Shown in pieces: positions 18,800 to 27,859 of a stretch of DNA of 27,876 bases. The notes beneath the pieces were generated by a model, which was given only the letters and a program-made list of their open reading frames with translations, had not been told where the DNA came from and did no database searches. Location: NCBI GenBank assembly GCA_051382295.1, contig JBBCAW010000133.1:1-27876 (forward strand), written 5' to 3'. The stretch is from Bdellovibrionota bacterium FG-1. Its GTDB lineage: Bacteria > Bdellovibrionota > UBA1018. Made by a program: the position numbers and the translations under genes. Within the stretch, counting starts at the first letter, position 1. Each line of letters starts with the position of its first letter.

Positions 18800-21700
18800 A
18801 TGACTCTATTACCTATGAAATCGACCTCTCTTGTCCCCACACAGGCCGCTACCCTCGATGGCAATGAAGCAACCGCATCCGTTGCGTATCGCCTTTCTGA
18901 AACGATCGCGATTTATCCGATCACACCTTCGTCAACCATGGCTGAATTTGCCGACGAGTGGTCATCGCATCACAAACCAAACATCTGGGGCACCATCCCT
19001 CGGCTCGTTGAAATGCAATCCGAGGGAGGCGCGGCCGGCGCGATTCACGGAATGCTTCAAACCGGCACCCTTTCGACCACCTTTACGGCGTCGCAAGGCC
19101 TCCTTTTGATGATTGCTAACATGTATAAAATTGCCGGCGAGCTCACGCCCTTCTGTATGCATGTCACAGCCCGAACCCTGGCCGCTCACGCGCTTTCGAT
19201 CTTTGGAGATCACTCCGACGTGATGGCGTGCCGACAAATCGGCTTTTCCATGCTTTGCTCAGGGTCAGTTCAAGAAGCCCACGACTTCGCGGCGATCGCC
19301 CACGCAACAACGCTGCAAGCCCGTGTTCCGTTTCTTCATTTTTTCGATGGCTTTCGTACTTCGCATGAAGTTGCCAAAATCCAAATAATTTCAGATGAAG
19401 TTCTGAACGAGATGGTCGATGAAAAGTACGTCGATGCTTTTCGTAAACTCGCCTTGACACCCGATCACCCACGCATTCGGGGCACCGCCCAAAACCCAGA
19501 CGTCTTCTTTCAGGCTCGCGAGGCCTGCAATCCTTACTACGCCAGGGTTCCCCAACTCGTTGAGGACACCTTTGACCACCTCGCCAAACTCACGGGACGC
19601 CGCTATCGCCTCTTTGATTACTATGGCCACCCGGAAGCGGAACGAGTGATCGTGATGATGGGATCGGGTGCCGAAACTGCATCTGAAACCATCGATTGGT
19701 TAACAAAATCGGGCGAAAAAACCGGAGTCCTGAAGGTGCGTCTTTTCAGGCCCTTTTCAACCCGCCATTTCGTGGCTGCTTTACCCAAGACCGTCAAAAA
19801 AATCGCCGTTCTCGATCGCACCAAAGAACCAGGCGCTTTGGGTGAACCTTTGTACCAAGACATCATCACTTCTTTGAGTGAAGCTGTTTCGGAAGGTGCA
19901 TGGGCCACCCTTCCAAAAATCATTGGAGGTCGTTACGGGCTTTCTTCGAAGGAATTTACCCCCTCAATGGTTAAGGGTGTTTTTGATGAACTCAAAAAAG
20001 ATCGCCCCAAAAACCACTTCACAATCGGAATTAATGACGACGTTTCAGGAACATCGCTCGACTATGATCGCGATTTCGACATCGAAGCCCCTGAAGTCAC
20101 CCGCTGCGTGTTCTTTGGCTTAGGTGCCGATGGAACCGTCGGCGCTAACAAAAATTCGATTAAAATTATTGGTGAAGAAACGCCCAACTACGCTCAGGGT
20201 TATTTTGTCTATGATTCTAAAAAATCAGGGGCCATCACGATATCGCATCTTCGTTTTGGCCCTCAACCCATCCGCTCGTCCTATTTAATCAGCCAAGCCA
20301 ACTTTGTCGCTTGCCACCAATGGGACTTTCTCGAGAAATACGACGTGCTAGGAGCCGCTGCTCCGAATGCTGTCCTTTTGCTCAACTCCGCATTTTCAGC
20401 AGGGAAGGTTTGGGATGAGCTTTCAAAGGAACTTCAACAGATCATCATTACGAAGAAGCTCAAAGTTTACGTCATTGATGCCTACCAGGTCGCTCGTGAA
20501 ACAGGGATGGGCGGGCGGATCAATACCATCATGCAAACCTGCTTCTTTGCGATTTCAGGAGTTTTGCCACGCGAAGAGGCTATCGCGCAGATCAAAAAAG
20601 CCATCGAAAAAACCTATTCCAAAAAAGGAATGGACATCGTTCAACGTAATTTCGAAGCCGTGGACAAGACCTTGGCCGCACTGTTTGAGATGAAAACCCC
20701 GAGCGAAGTGACGGGCAAGAAAATCAAAAAACCTTTGGTTTCTGAAAACGCCCCCGATTTCGTCAAACGCGTCACCGCCATGATGATGGAAGGCAAGGGT
20801 GACCTACTCCCTGTAAGCGCTTTCCCGGTGGATGGTACTTGGCCGATGGGCACCACCCAATGGGAAAAACGAAACGTTGGACAATCCATACCAGTATGGG
20901 ACTCCTCCATCTGTATTCAATGCAATAAATGCACATTTGTTTGCCCTCATGCCTCGATCCGTGCAGCCCTCTTTGATGCCTCGGCGCTTGAGCACGCTTC
21001 CGCCACCTTTAAGTCGGTCGACTACAAAGGTAAGGACGCGCCAGACAAAAAATATGCTTTACAGGTAGCGCCCGAGGATTGCACGGGTTGCGGAATTTGC
21101 GTTGAGGCTTGCCCTGCTCGCGATAAGGCGAACCCACGACATCGGGCTATTAACATGGAGCCACAAGCGCCCCTACGCGAGGCCGAGCATGAAAATTTCA
21201 ACTTCTTTCTGAACCTTCCGTTACCCGATCGATCCCTGATGATCGGCGATCCTAAAACCTCTCAGTTTTTGCAGCCCCTCTTCGAATTTTCGGGCGCCTG
21301 CTCGGGTTGTGGCGAAACTCCGTACGTCAAGTTGCTCACTCAACTCTATGGTGATCGACTTTATATCGCCAATGCGACGGGCTGCTCGTCGATTTACGGT
21401 GGCAATCTACCGACAACTCCTTATACATGTAACCCCAACGGGCGGGGCCCCGCTTGGTCCAATTCGCTTTTCGAGGACAATGCCGAATACGGCTTGGGAA
21501 TGCGGGTTTCGCTCGATAAACACGTCGAATTCGCCCGTGAATTGCTCACAAAACTCTCTTCCAAGTTAGGTGACGTTCTTTGCAATGAAATCCTGAACGC
21601 CGACCAAAGCACTGAAGCAGGCATTTTCAAGCAACGCGAACGAATCCTGGCGTTGCGGAGCAAACTCAAAGGGCTAATAGATATCGAAGCCCGCCGCCTT

Positions 21701-22405
21701 GAATTGATCGCCGATTACCTCGCTCAAAAAAGCGTATGGATCATCGGTGGAGATGGGTGGGCATACGATATCGGTTATGGTGGCCTCGACCATGTCATGG
21801 CCATGGGCCGCAAGGTGAATATCCTTGTCATGGATACTGAAGTTTATTCTAACACCGGCGGGCAAGCCTCCAAAGCCACCCCGATGGGGGCTTCGGCTAA
21901 ATTTGCGGTCGCCGGAAAGATGACACCCAAAAAAGACCTCGGTTTAATAGCGATGACCTATGGAAGCGTGTATGTGGCTCGAGTCGCCTTTGGAGCCAAA
22001 GACCTTCAGACGGTCCGAGCCTTTACCGAAGCGGAAAGCTACCCGGGCACCTCGATTATTATCGCCTATTCGCATTGCATCGCCCATGGTTATGGATTGC
22101 ACCTTGGCCTCGAACAGCAAAAACTTGCGGTTGAATCAGGCTACTGGCCGCTATTCCGTTACGATCCTCGACGCGCGGGAACAGGTGAAAGCGAACTCAA
22201 ACTGGATTCGACAGCACCAAAAATACCCCTCACTCGTTACATCGCGAACGAAATGCGATATCGGATGCTCGAGAAAATCGATCCGGCCCATGCACGGGAA
22301 ATGCAAACGGCAGCCCAAAAATCCGTTCATCAACGTTACGAGATGTACGAGCACTTGGCCCGATTTCACTCAGGCGCGGCAGATAGTGCCAAAAAGGGAG
22401 AATAA
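18800..22405 (+). CDS. nifJ: Pyruvate:ferredoxin (flavodoxin) oxidoreductase, single-chain type
   Basis: AIYPITPS, SEGGAAG, FDGFRTSHE, two CxxCxxCxxxCP ferredoxin motifs, GACSGCGE and GGDGWAYDIG TPP motif. AGGAGG upstream. Confidence 0.97.
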   Translation: MTLLPMKSTSLVPTQAATLDGNEATASVAYRLSETIAIYPITPSSTMAEFADEWSSHHKPNIWGTIPRLVEMQSEGGAAGAIHGMLQTGTLSTTFTASQGLLLMIANMYKIAGELTPFCMHVTARTLAAHALSIFGDHSDVMACRQIGFSMLCSGSVQEAHDFAAIAHATTLQARVPFLHFFDGFRTSHEVAKIQIISDEVLNEMVDEKYVDAFRKLALTPDHPRIRGTAQNPDVFFQAREACNPYYARVPQLVEDTFDHLAKLTGRRYRLFDYYGHPEAERVIVMMGSGAETASETIDWLTKSGEKTGVLKVRLFRPFSTRHFVAALPKTVKKIAVLDRTKEPGALGEPLYQDIITSLSEAVSEGAWATLPKIIGGRYGLSSKEFTPSMVKGVFDELKKDRPKNHFTIGINDDVSGTSLDYDRDFDIEAPEVTRCVFFGLGADGTVGANKNSIKIIGEETPNYAQGYFVYDSKKSGAITISHLRFGPQPIRSSYLISQANFVACHQWDFLEKYDVLGAAAPNAVLLLNSAFSAGKVWDELSKELQQIIITKKLKVYVIDAYQVARETGMGGRINTIMQTCFFAISGVLPREEAIAQIKKAIEKTYSKKGMDIVQRNFEAVDKTLAALFEMKTPSEVTGKKIKKPLVSENAPDFVKRVTAMMMEGKGDLLPVSAFPVDGTWPMGTTQWEKRNVGQSIPVWDSSICIQCNKCTFVCPHASIRAALFDASALEHASATFKSVDYKGKDAPDKKYALQVAPEDCTGCGICVEACPARDKANPRHRAINMEPQAPLREAEHENFNFFLNLPLPDRSLMIGDPKTSQFLQPLFEFSGACSGCGETPYVKLLTQLYGDRLYIANATGCSSIYGGNLPTTPYTCNPNGRGPAWSNSLFEDNAEYGLGMRVSLDKHVEFARELLTKLSSKLGDVLCNEILNADQSTEAGIFKQRERILALRSKLKGLIDIEARRLELIADYLAQKSVWIIGGDGWAYDIGYGGLDHVMAMGRKVNILVMDTEVYSNTGGQASKATPMGASAKFAVAGKMTPKKDLGLIAMTYGSVYVARVAFGAKDLQTVRAFTEAESYPGTSIIIAYSHCIAHGYGLHLGLEQQKLAVESGYWPLFRYDPRRAGTGESELKLDSTAPKIPLTRYIANEMRYRMLEKIDPAHAREMQTAAQKSVHQRYEMYEHLARFHSGAADSAKKGE

Positions 22406-22408
22406 GTC

Positions 22409-23416
22409 ATGGACTTAACAACCAGTTATCTTGGAATCACGCTCAAAAACCCCCTTATGCTAGGATCATCGCCGCTAACGGATGAACTCAACAAGATCAG
22501 GGCTTTCGAAGACTCAGGGGCATCGGCCATTGTCCTGCGCTCCTTATTTGAAGAACAAATCAAGATGGAGGAACGCGCCTTTATCCACCACGTTGAAAGC
22601 CATGGGGCGGCGTCTGCCGAGGCGGCCGATGGCTTTCTTCCAGCTTTTGATGATTTTGCACTCGACACTGAACACTACCTGGAACATATCCAAAAAATCA
22701 AAGCGCGCGTCGGTATTCCAGTGATCGGCTCGCTCAACGGTATCACGCCAGGTGGCTGGGAAAGATACTCTAAGCTCATCGAAGAGGCCGGGGCTGATGC
22801 GCTAGAGCTCAATTTCTACGATCTTCCTACAGACCCACTCAATACATGCATGGACGTGGAAGCGCGTTACCTCGAAATTTTACGCAATATCCGCCAGATG
22901 ATTAAAATTCCACTCGCTGTCAAACTTTCGCCCTTTTTCTCGTCTCTTCCTCATTTTGTCATGGAACTGAAGAAAAACGGCGCCGACGGAATTATCCTTT
23001 TTAATCGCCTCTACCAATCTGACATCGATATTGAAGCGCTTCAGGTTAAACCGGTCCTCCATCTTTCACACTCCAGTGAACTCGCACTTCGGCTCCGTTG
23101 GCTCGCCATTTTGGAACCCCATTTTCAAGGCTCTCTGGCCGTTTCAGGTGGCGTGCATTCGGTCACCGACGCCATCAAGGCGATCATGGCAGGAGCATCA
23201 GTCGTGCAGATGGTTTCGGCCATCATCAAACAAGGGCCCCAACATTTTACTCAAATCCAAAGGGAACTCGTCCAATGGCTGACCGAACATGAGTATACCT
23301 CCTTGAGCCAGCTGCGCGGAAGCATGAGCCTGCGTACCTGTCCGGATCCTTCGGCCTTTGGACGGGTGAACTATATGAAAACGTTGCACGGCTGGAATGT
23401 GTTGGATGCCAAGTAA
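22409..23416 (+). CDS. Dihydroorotate dehydrogenase-like FMN protein (nifJ-associated type)
   Basis: LKNPL, SLFEEQI, GADALELN, VKLSP, LFNR and SGGVH. Has ELNFY instead of catalytic ELNxSCPN. Starts 3 nt after nifJ. Confidence 0.88.
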   Translation: MDLTTSYLGITLKNPLMLGSSPLTDELNKIRAFEDSGASAIVLRSLFEEQIKMEERAFIHHVESHGAASAEAADGFLPAFDDFALDTEHYLEHIQKIKARVGIPVIGSLNGITPGGWERYSKLIEEAGADALELNFYDLPTDPLNTCMDVEARYLEILRNIRQMIKIPLAVKLSPFFSSLPHFVMELKKNGADGIILFNRLYQSDIDIEALQVKPVLHLSHSSELALRLRWLAILEPHFQGSLAVSGGVHSVTDAIKAIMAGASVVQMVSAIIKQGPQHFTQIQRELVQWLTEHEYTSLSQLRGSMSLRTCPDPSAFGRVNYMKTLHGWNVLDAK

Positions 23417-23539
23417 CACTCAATGACCTCAGTTTACTTAATGTCGATCAACTGAAAGTCGGGTCTCTTTCTGAGACTAAAAGTCCCATACACAGGAGAG
23501 CAGGTTGGCTCTTGATCAGTGGGGTTCAATAGACTATTC

Positions 23540-24070
23540 ATGAAGTCAATGAGATCTTCTATCGAAGTCGAATCCGGTATAGGCGTTCTTAATACTTTGG
23601 TTGCTTCCCATGTAGGAATTTGTATCAAAGATCTCACCAAGAAGATTCTCTTTCAGAATCAGGCCTGCATGAACCGCTGCGGCGATAAAGCAGGAGCCAC
23701 CTGTCGTGATCAATGCATGAAGTCCTACCATTCTCATTCAGATCCAATCGCGCTTCAGGGGGTACACATCCCACCGCATGTCGATATGGCCACCAAGGAT
23801 TTTGAAACAGTGGTTGTGAATGATGGCCGCTTTATTACAACGATCCAATGCCCGATCACTGAAAAAAATAGCGCCATCATGGAAGAGATTTTAAAGTATG
23901 GGCTCACCAAAACTGAGCTCAAAATAGTGGAGATGAGACTGGGTCACCTTTCAAATCAAGAAGTTGCAACCAAACTCTTTATCTCGTCGGCCACCCTCCG
24001 AACTCATCTGAATAACGCCTACAAGAAAATGCCTGCGCACCTCAAAGAATTACTGATCCCTAAACAATAG
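23540..24070 (+). CDS. LuxR-type HTH regulator with Cys-rich PAS-like N-terminal domain
   Basis: LTKTE...GHLSNQEVATKLFISSATLRTHLNNAYKK HTH. N-terminal GICIKD...ILFQN PAS-like start. Start uncertain (23519, 23540 or 23549). Confidence 0.82.
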   Translation: MKSMRSSIEVESGIGVLNTLVASHVGICIKDLTKKILFQNQACMNRCGDKAGATCRDQCMKSYHSHSDPIALQGVHIPPHVDMATKDFETVVVNDGRFITTIQCPITEKNSAIMEEILKYGLTKTELKIVEMRLGHLSNQEVATKLFISSATLRTHLNNAYKKMPAHLKELLIPKQ

Positions 24071-24131
24071 CAGTCAGCGATCAGCTTTTAGCTTTTGATT
24101 GATGCTGATTACTGAACGCTCATTGCTGAAT
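24067..24131. repeat. Inverted pair of heptamer tandem arrays (TCAGCnn x4, GCTGAnn x4), likely stem-loop
   Basis: ATAGCAG TCAGCGA TCAGCTT TTAGCTT, 9 nt spacer, then GCTGATT ACTGAAC GCTCATT GCTGAAT. Confidence 0.7.
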
Positions 24132-24239
24132 GTCCCAATCATTAAGAAATATTCAAGAAAATCCACCCCCGGAGCCGATGGGATTAATCTCCATAGAAGC
24201 TAAAAGAACTGTTTCAGGTCGGTTTTCCTGGGGGGGAAT

Positions 24240-24407
24240 ATGCGAAACATTTGGGATTTATTATCTTTTGTAGGGATCGTTATCATTCCATTAACCGTAG
24301 GGGTTCTTTTGGTTCCGCCTTTGTATTTTTTGGTGAGAACAATGATCAAACGCCCTCGGTCCACTCATCTGCCAGATCAGGGTAAAGCGGAAAAAAATCC
24401 AAATTAG
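24240..24407 (+). CDS. Small single-pass membrane protein, 55 aa
   Basis: Manual translation MRNIWDLLSFVGIVIIPLTVGVLLVPPLYFLVRTMIKRPRSTHLPDQGKAEKNPN. G-rich RBS 24230-24237. Hydrophobic stretch followed by basic residues. Below the ORF track length cutoff. Confidence 0.62.
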   Translation: MRNIWDLLSFVGIVIIPLTVGVLLVPPLYFLVRTMIKRPRSTHLPDQGKAEKNPN

Positions 24408-24496
24408 AAATCCCGTTGGAGGAGCGATTCTAACCGTGCTAGAAGCACGATTGGACCTGCTTTTCCCAGTGCAAAACCGGTTTTTAAGGAGATAGC

Positions 24497-25867
24497 GTGA
24501 GTACAACTGTCAATTTGAAGAGCCAAAGAACTCTTTTTGGCCACCCGATCGGCCTATTCGTCCTGTTTTTTACTGAAATGTGGGAGCGATTTTCCTACTA
24601 CGGCATGAGGGCACTCTTGGTCCTCTATATGACGCAGTACCTGATCAAAGCAGCGGAGACCGGAACCTACATCGTGGGTTTTGCAACCCTGAAGGCCGTG
24701 CTGGAATCTGCTTTTGGCCCTCTGGCCATCCAACCGATGGCCTCTCAAATTTACGGACTGTATACGGGATTCGTGTATTTTACGCCTTTCTTTGGCGGCA
24801 TTTTGGCTGACCGGGTTTTTGGTCAACGTAAAACCGTCGTTGTGGGCGGAGTCCTCATGGCAATGGGCCACTTTCTGATGGCCTTCGAACAGTTTTTTCT
24901 AGTCGCCTTGCTGTTTTTGATTCTTGGCAACGGTTGCTTCAAACCCAATATCTCAACCCAGGTCGGCAATCTCTATCCTCATGGCGATCCTCGCCGCGAC
25001 GGGGCCTTCACGATCTTTTACATGGGCATCAATTTAGGTGCCTTTTTTTCACCGCTGGTCTGCGGCACTTTGGGACAGATCTATGGCTGGCATTACGGCT
25101 TTGCCGCCGCCGGGGTAGGCATGGTGATTGGCTTGACCGTTTACCTGTCAGGCCAACGTTACTTAGCCGAGGATAATCTCACCAAGGTCAGTGCCGCTCA
25201 TGTCGAAAAGCAACCACTGACCCAAAAAGAGTGGAAAGCCATCGGTGGCCTCATCGCTCTTTGTATTCTGAACATTGTTTTTTGGGGCGTCTACGAGCAA
25301 CAGGGCAATACCATTCAGCTTTTTGCTGACAAAAACACGGATTGGCATGTTTTCGGTTGGGAAATGCCCTCCACGTGGTTTCAATCTCTGAATCCTCTGT
25401 TTATTTTTGCCTTTGCGCCCCTCCTCAATATGTTCTGGTCCCGCCAAAATAAACGCGGAAGAGAGCCGACCAGCGTGGCCAAAATGGGCTTGGGCTGCGT
25501 TCTCCTCGGAGTGTCTTTCTTAGTACTCATGTGGGTCACCCGTGGCTTGGGCGATACGCAAAGGATTAGCTTCCTTTGGCTCGTTTTATGTACCCTGATC
25601 TACACGATGGGCGAACTTTACCTTTCGCCTATTGGCCTATCCCTGGTGACCAAAGTAGCTCCGGCTCGACTGGTCAGTATGCTCATGGGGATGTGGTTTC
25701 TATCATCCTTTTTCGGCAACTACCTATCGGGTTACATCGGGACTTATTACGAGAAAATGCCTAAGAATAGTTTCTTCCTTCTTTTGGCGGTCATGGGAAT
25801 GGGCGCTGGCGCCGTGTTCTTTGCCCTGCAACGGCCCCTCAAAAATGCAGTGGGGGAAGACGTTTAA
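24497..25867 (+). CDS. Proton-dependent oligopeptide transporter (POT/PTR family, DtpT-like)
   Basis: FFTEMWERFSYYGMR, GGILADR, GCFKPN, FTIFYMGINLG and GELYLSPIG. AGGAG before the GTG. Confidence 0.95.
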   Translation: MSTTVNLKSQRTLFGHPIGLFVLFFTEMWERFSYYGMRALLVLYMTQYLIKAAETGTYIVGFATLKAVLESAFGPLAIQPMASQIYGLYTGFVYFTPFFGGILADRVFGQRKTVVVGGVLMAMGHFLMAFEQFFLVALLFLILGNGCFKPNISTQVGNLYPHGDPRRDGAFTIFYMGINLGAFFSPLVCGTLGQIYGWHYGFAAAGVGMVIGLTVYLSGQRYLAEDNLTKVSAAHVEKQPLTQKEWKAIGGLIALCILNIVFWGVYEQQGNTIQLFADKNTDWHVFGWEMPSTWFQSLNPLFIFAFAPLLNMFWSRQNKRGREPTSVAKMGLGCVLLGVSFLVLMWVTRGLGDTQRISFLWLVLCTLIYTMGELYLSPIGLSLVTKVAPARLVSMLMGMWFLSSFFGNYLSGYIGTYYEKMPKNSFFLLLAVMGMGAGAVFFALQRPLKNAVGEDV

Positions 25868-25937
25868 CCCTAAGGGTGATCCAATAACCTCTCTTGCGGG
25901 TTGACCCACTTTTGAACTAAACTCTAGAAAACCCAGG

Positions 25938-26786
25938 ATGTTCAAACCCAACCTACTCAAAGGACAACGAATTTTAGTTACCGGTGGCGGCTCTGGCCTT
26001 GGTCAGGCCATGGTCGACCGCTTTGCTGAGTTGGGAGCGGACGTCGTGATTTGTGGACGGCGAATTGAACCCCTCGAACAAACCGCTCGCGAAATCCTAA
26101 AAAAATACGGAACTCAGGCGCAAGTCATCACCTGTGATATCCGGGACCCGGCCGCAGTGGAACAAATGCTCGAGCAGTGTTGGACGCAGGGGCCGGTTAC
26201 GGGCCTGGTTAATAACGCTGCGGGTAATTTCATTTCTAGAACCGAAGATCTTTCTCCCCGTGCGGTTGATGCGATCTTAGGAATTGTGCTTCACGGAACC
26301 GCCTATGTAACGTTGGCCTTTGGCAAGCGCTGGCTGCAAGAAAAACGCAAGGCCACCGTGCTCAATATAGTGACGACCTATGCGTCGACAGGATCAGCCT
26401 ATGTGGTTCCATCCGCCATGGCAAAAGCCGGAGTCCTGGCCATGACCCGAAGCCTGGCAGTTGAATGGGGTGGGCGCGGAATTCGTTTCAATGCCATCGC
26501 GCCTGGCCCTTTTCCCACGGAGGGTGCCTGGGAGCGCCTGATCCCCGGCGAAAATTCTCATGAAAAGATGTTGGCCAGAAATCCTTTAGGACGGGTGGGC
26601 CAACACTCCGAGCTGGTTAACCTTGCCACTTATTTAATCTCTGACTTTTCGGGCTATATCAACGGTGAAGTCGTCACGATCGATGGCGGAGAATGGCTCA
26701 AAGGAGCCGGCGAATTTAATTTCATGGAGTGCCTGAGTGAATCCGAATGGCAAGCCATGAAACCCAGAGGCCGACCCTCAGCTTGA
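25938..26786 (+). CDS. SDR oxidoreductase, 2,4-dienoyl-CoA reductase type
   Basis: TGGGSGLG, NNAAGNF, SAMAK (no Tyr in the YxxxK position), IAPGPFPTEGA and IDGGEW. Confidence 0.88.
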   Translation: MFKPNLLKGQRILVTGGGSGLGQAMVDRFAELGADVVICGRRIEPLEQTAREILKKYGTQAQVITCDIRDPAAVEQMLEQCWTQGPVTGLVNNAAGNFISRTEDLSPRAVDAILGIVLHGTAYVTLAFGKRWLQEKRKATVLNIVTTYASTGSAYVVPSAMAKAGVLAMTRSLAVEWGGRGIRFNAIAPGPFPTEGAWERLIPGENSHEKMLARNPLGRVGQHSELVNLATYLISDFSGYINGEVVTIDGGEWLKGAGEFNFMECLSESEWQAMKPRGRPSA

Positions 26787-26807
26787 TTGGAAAAGGAGAC
26801 CCCTTCT

Positions 26808-27191
26808 ATGCTTTTTCAGCTCAAAAAATCGGCTTACAAGCGAAAAACAGTACGCAAGCGCGCCAAATGCCCCGTTGCCATTACCCCTATTTCAGTCAAA
26901 GCCAAAGAAGCTTCCGATCCAAACACCTATGGGATCAACCTCTGCAAAGATATCAGTCCAGACGGGATGAGGATTCTAACGCTCGTTCCATTCACCCCCG
27001 GTGATAAAATAAAAATCAGCTTTTCGCTGAACAGCTTTTCTAAACAACTCGCCCTCAAGGCACAGGTCAAAAACGTCATGCGTGAAAGCCGCAATGGCTT
27101 TTCATGTCTCGCGGTGGGAGTTGAGTTTTTCAATATCACTGAAAAAGAAAAACGTTATCTTTCAGCCATTCTTGATCTCTATTCAAAATAG
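26808..27191 (+). CDS. Single-domain PilZ protein (c-di-GMP receptor)
   Basis: RKTVR (RxxxR) and DISPDG (DxSxxG) motifs, C-terminal VGVEF. AGGAG 9 nt before ATG 26808. Confidence 0.85.
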   Translation: MLFQLKKSAYKRKTVRKRAKCPVAITPISVKAKEASDPNTYGINLCKDISPDGMRILTLVPFTPGDKIKISFSLNSFSKQLALKAQVKNVMRESRNGFSCLAVGVEFFNITEKEKRYLSAILDLYSK

Positions 27192-27199
27192 ACGTGCTC

Positions 27200-27859
27200 C
27201 TACTTTTCGCGAAGATGATCAGAAATTAAATTTTTATGCGAACCCGTTTCAGGAAACTTTTCGCTCAACATTTTTCCAATTTCTGCAATACATTCGCAAA
27301 GCGCCTCAATGGGTTGCCCCTGATGTACGCCTAAAACAACTTGATTGACGCGAGCATCCCAATATTCGACTGGAATAACCGCTCTTGCACCCGTATCCGC
27401 GAGGATCTGCACGCGTCTTTCAAAAAGAGAGATAAAAATCAGAACGCCATTTCTAGCCTTAAGTTCTGTCAGATTGGCAGAAATAAATCCGGCTAACGCG
27501 CGTTGATGAACCTCTGCGGCAAGCCAATGCCCCGGAATCCACAGTCGCTTGACCCAAGAAATCAGCGAAAAGCCAAAACCAATGGTCGCGCCACTCATCT
27601 GCCAAAATAAAGTTTGTTGGATATGAATACTCCAAAGATCCAACCAATGGACGCCTACCAGTGCCAACGTGGCAAAAACCACTCCAAGTAAAACCATCCA
27701 GGGATGGACCCAGCGATATTTCTTACACGACGGCACAACCCACGGCACGATTTCACTCGTTGTATGTGCCTCCGCAAGACGGACCGCCTCTCGCACCCGC
27801 TCATGGTCTTTTTTGGAAAATCGAAACTTTTTATGCCTTCGTCCCGTGCGCATCACCAT
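27200..27859 (-). CDS. TPM-domain membrane protein (COG3762-like)
   Basis: AEAHTTSEIV, two TM helices, NGVLIFISLFERRVQILADTG and C-terminal FP...NLISD. Start may be ATG 27853. Confidence 0.85.
   Translation of the reverse strand: MVMRTGRRHKKFRFSKKDHERVREAVRLAEAHTTSEIVPWVVPSCKKYRWVHPWMVLLGVVFATLALVGVHWLDLWSIHIQQTLFWQMSGATIGFGFSLISWVKRLWIPGHWLAAEVHQRALAGFISANLTELKARNGVLIFISLFERRVQILADTGARAVIPVEYWDARVNQVVLGVHQGQPIEALCECIAEIGKMLSEKFPETGSHKNLISDHLREK

Noticed and set aside
23505..23543. WGSID in the uORF resembling the TnaC WxxID motif
   Set aside because: TnaC needs a Pro-stop eight residues after the Asp and sits before tnaA; here the stop is two residues later and the locus is about 18 kb away.
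24067..24131. CRISPR array
   Set aside because: Units are 7 nt with no spacers and no cas genes are nearby.
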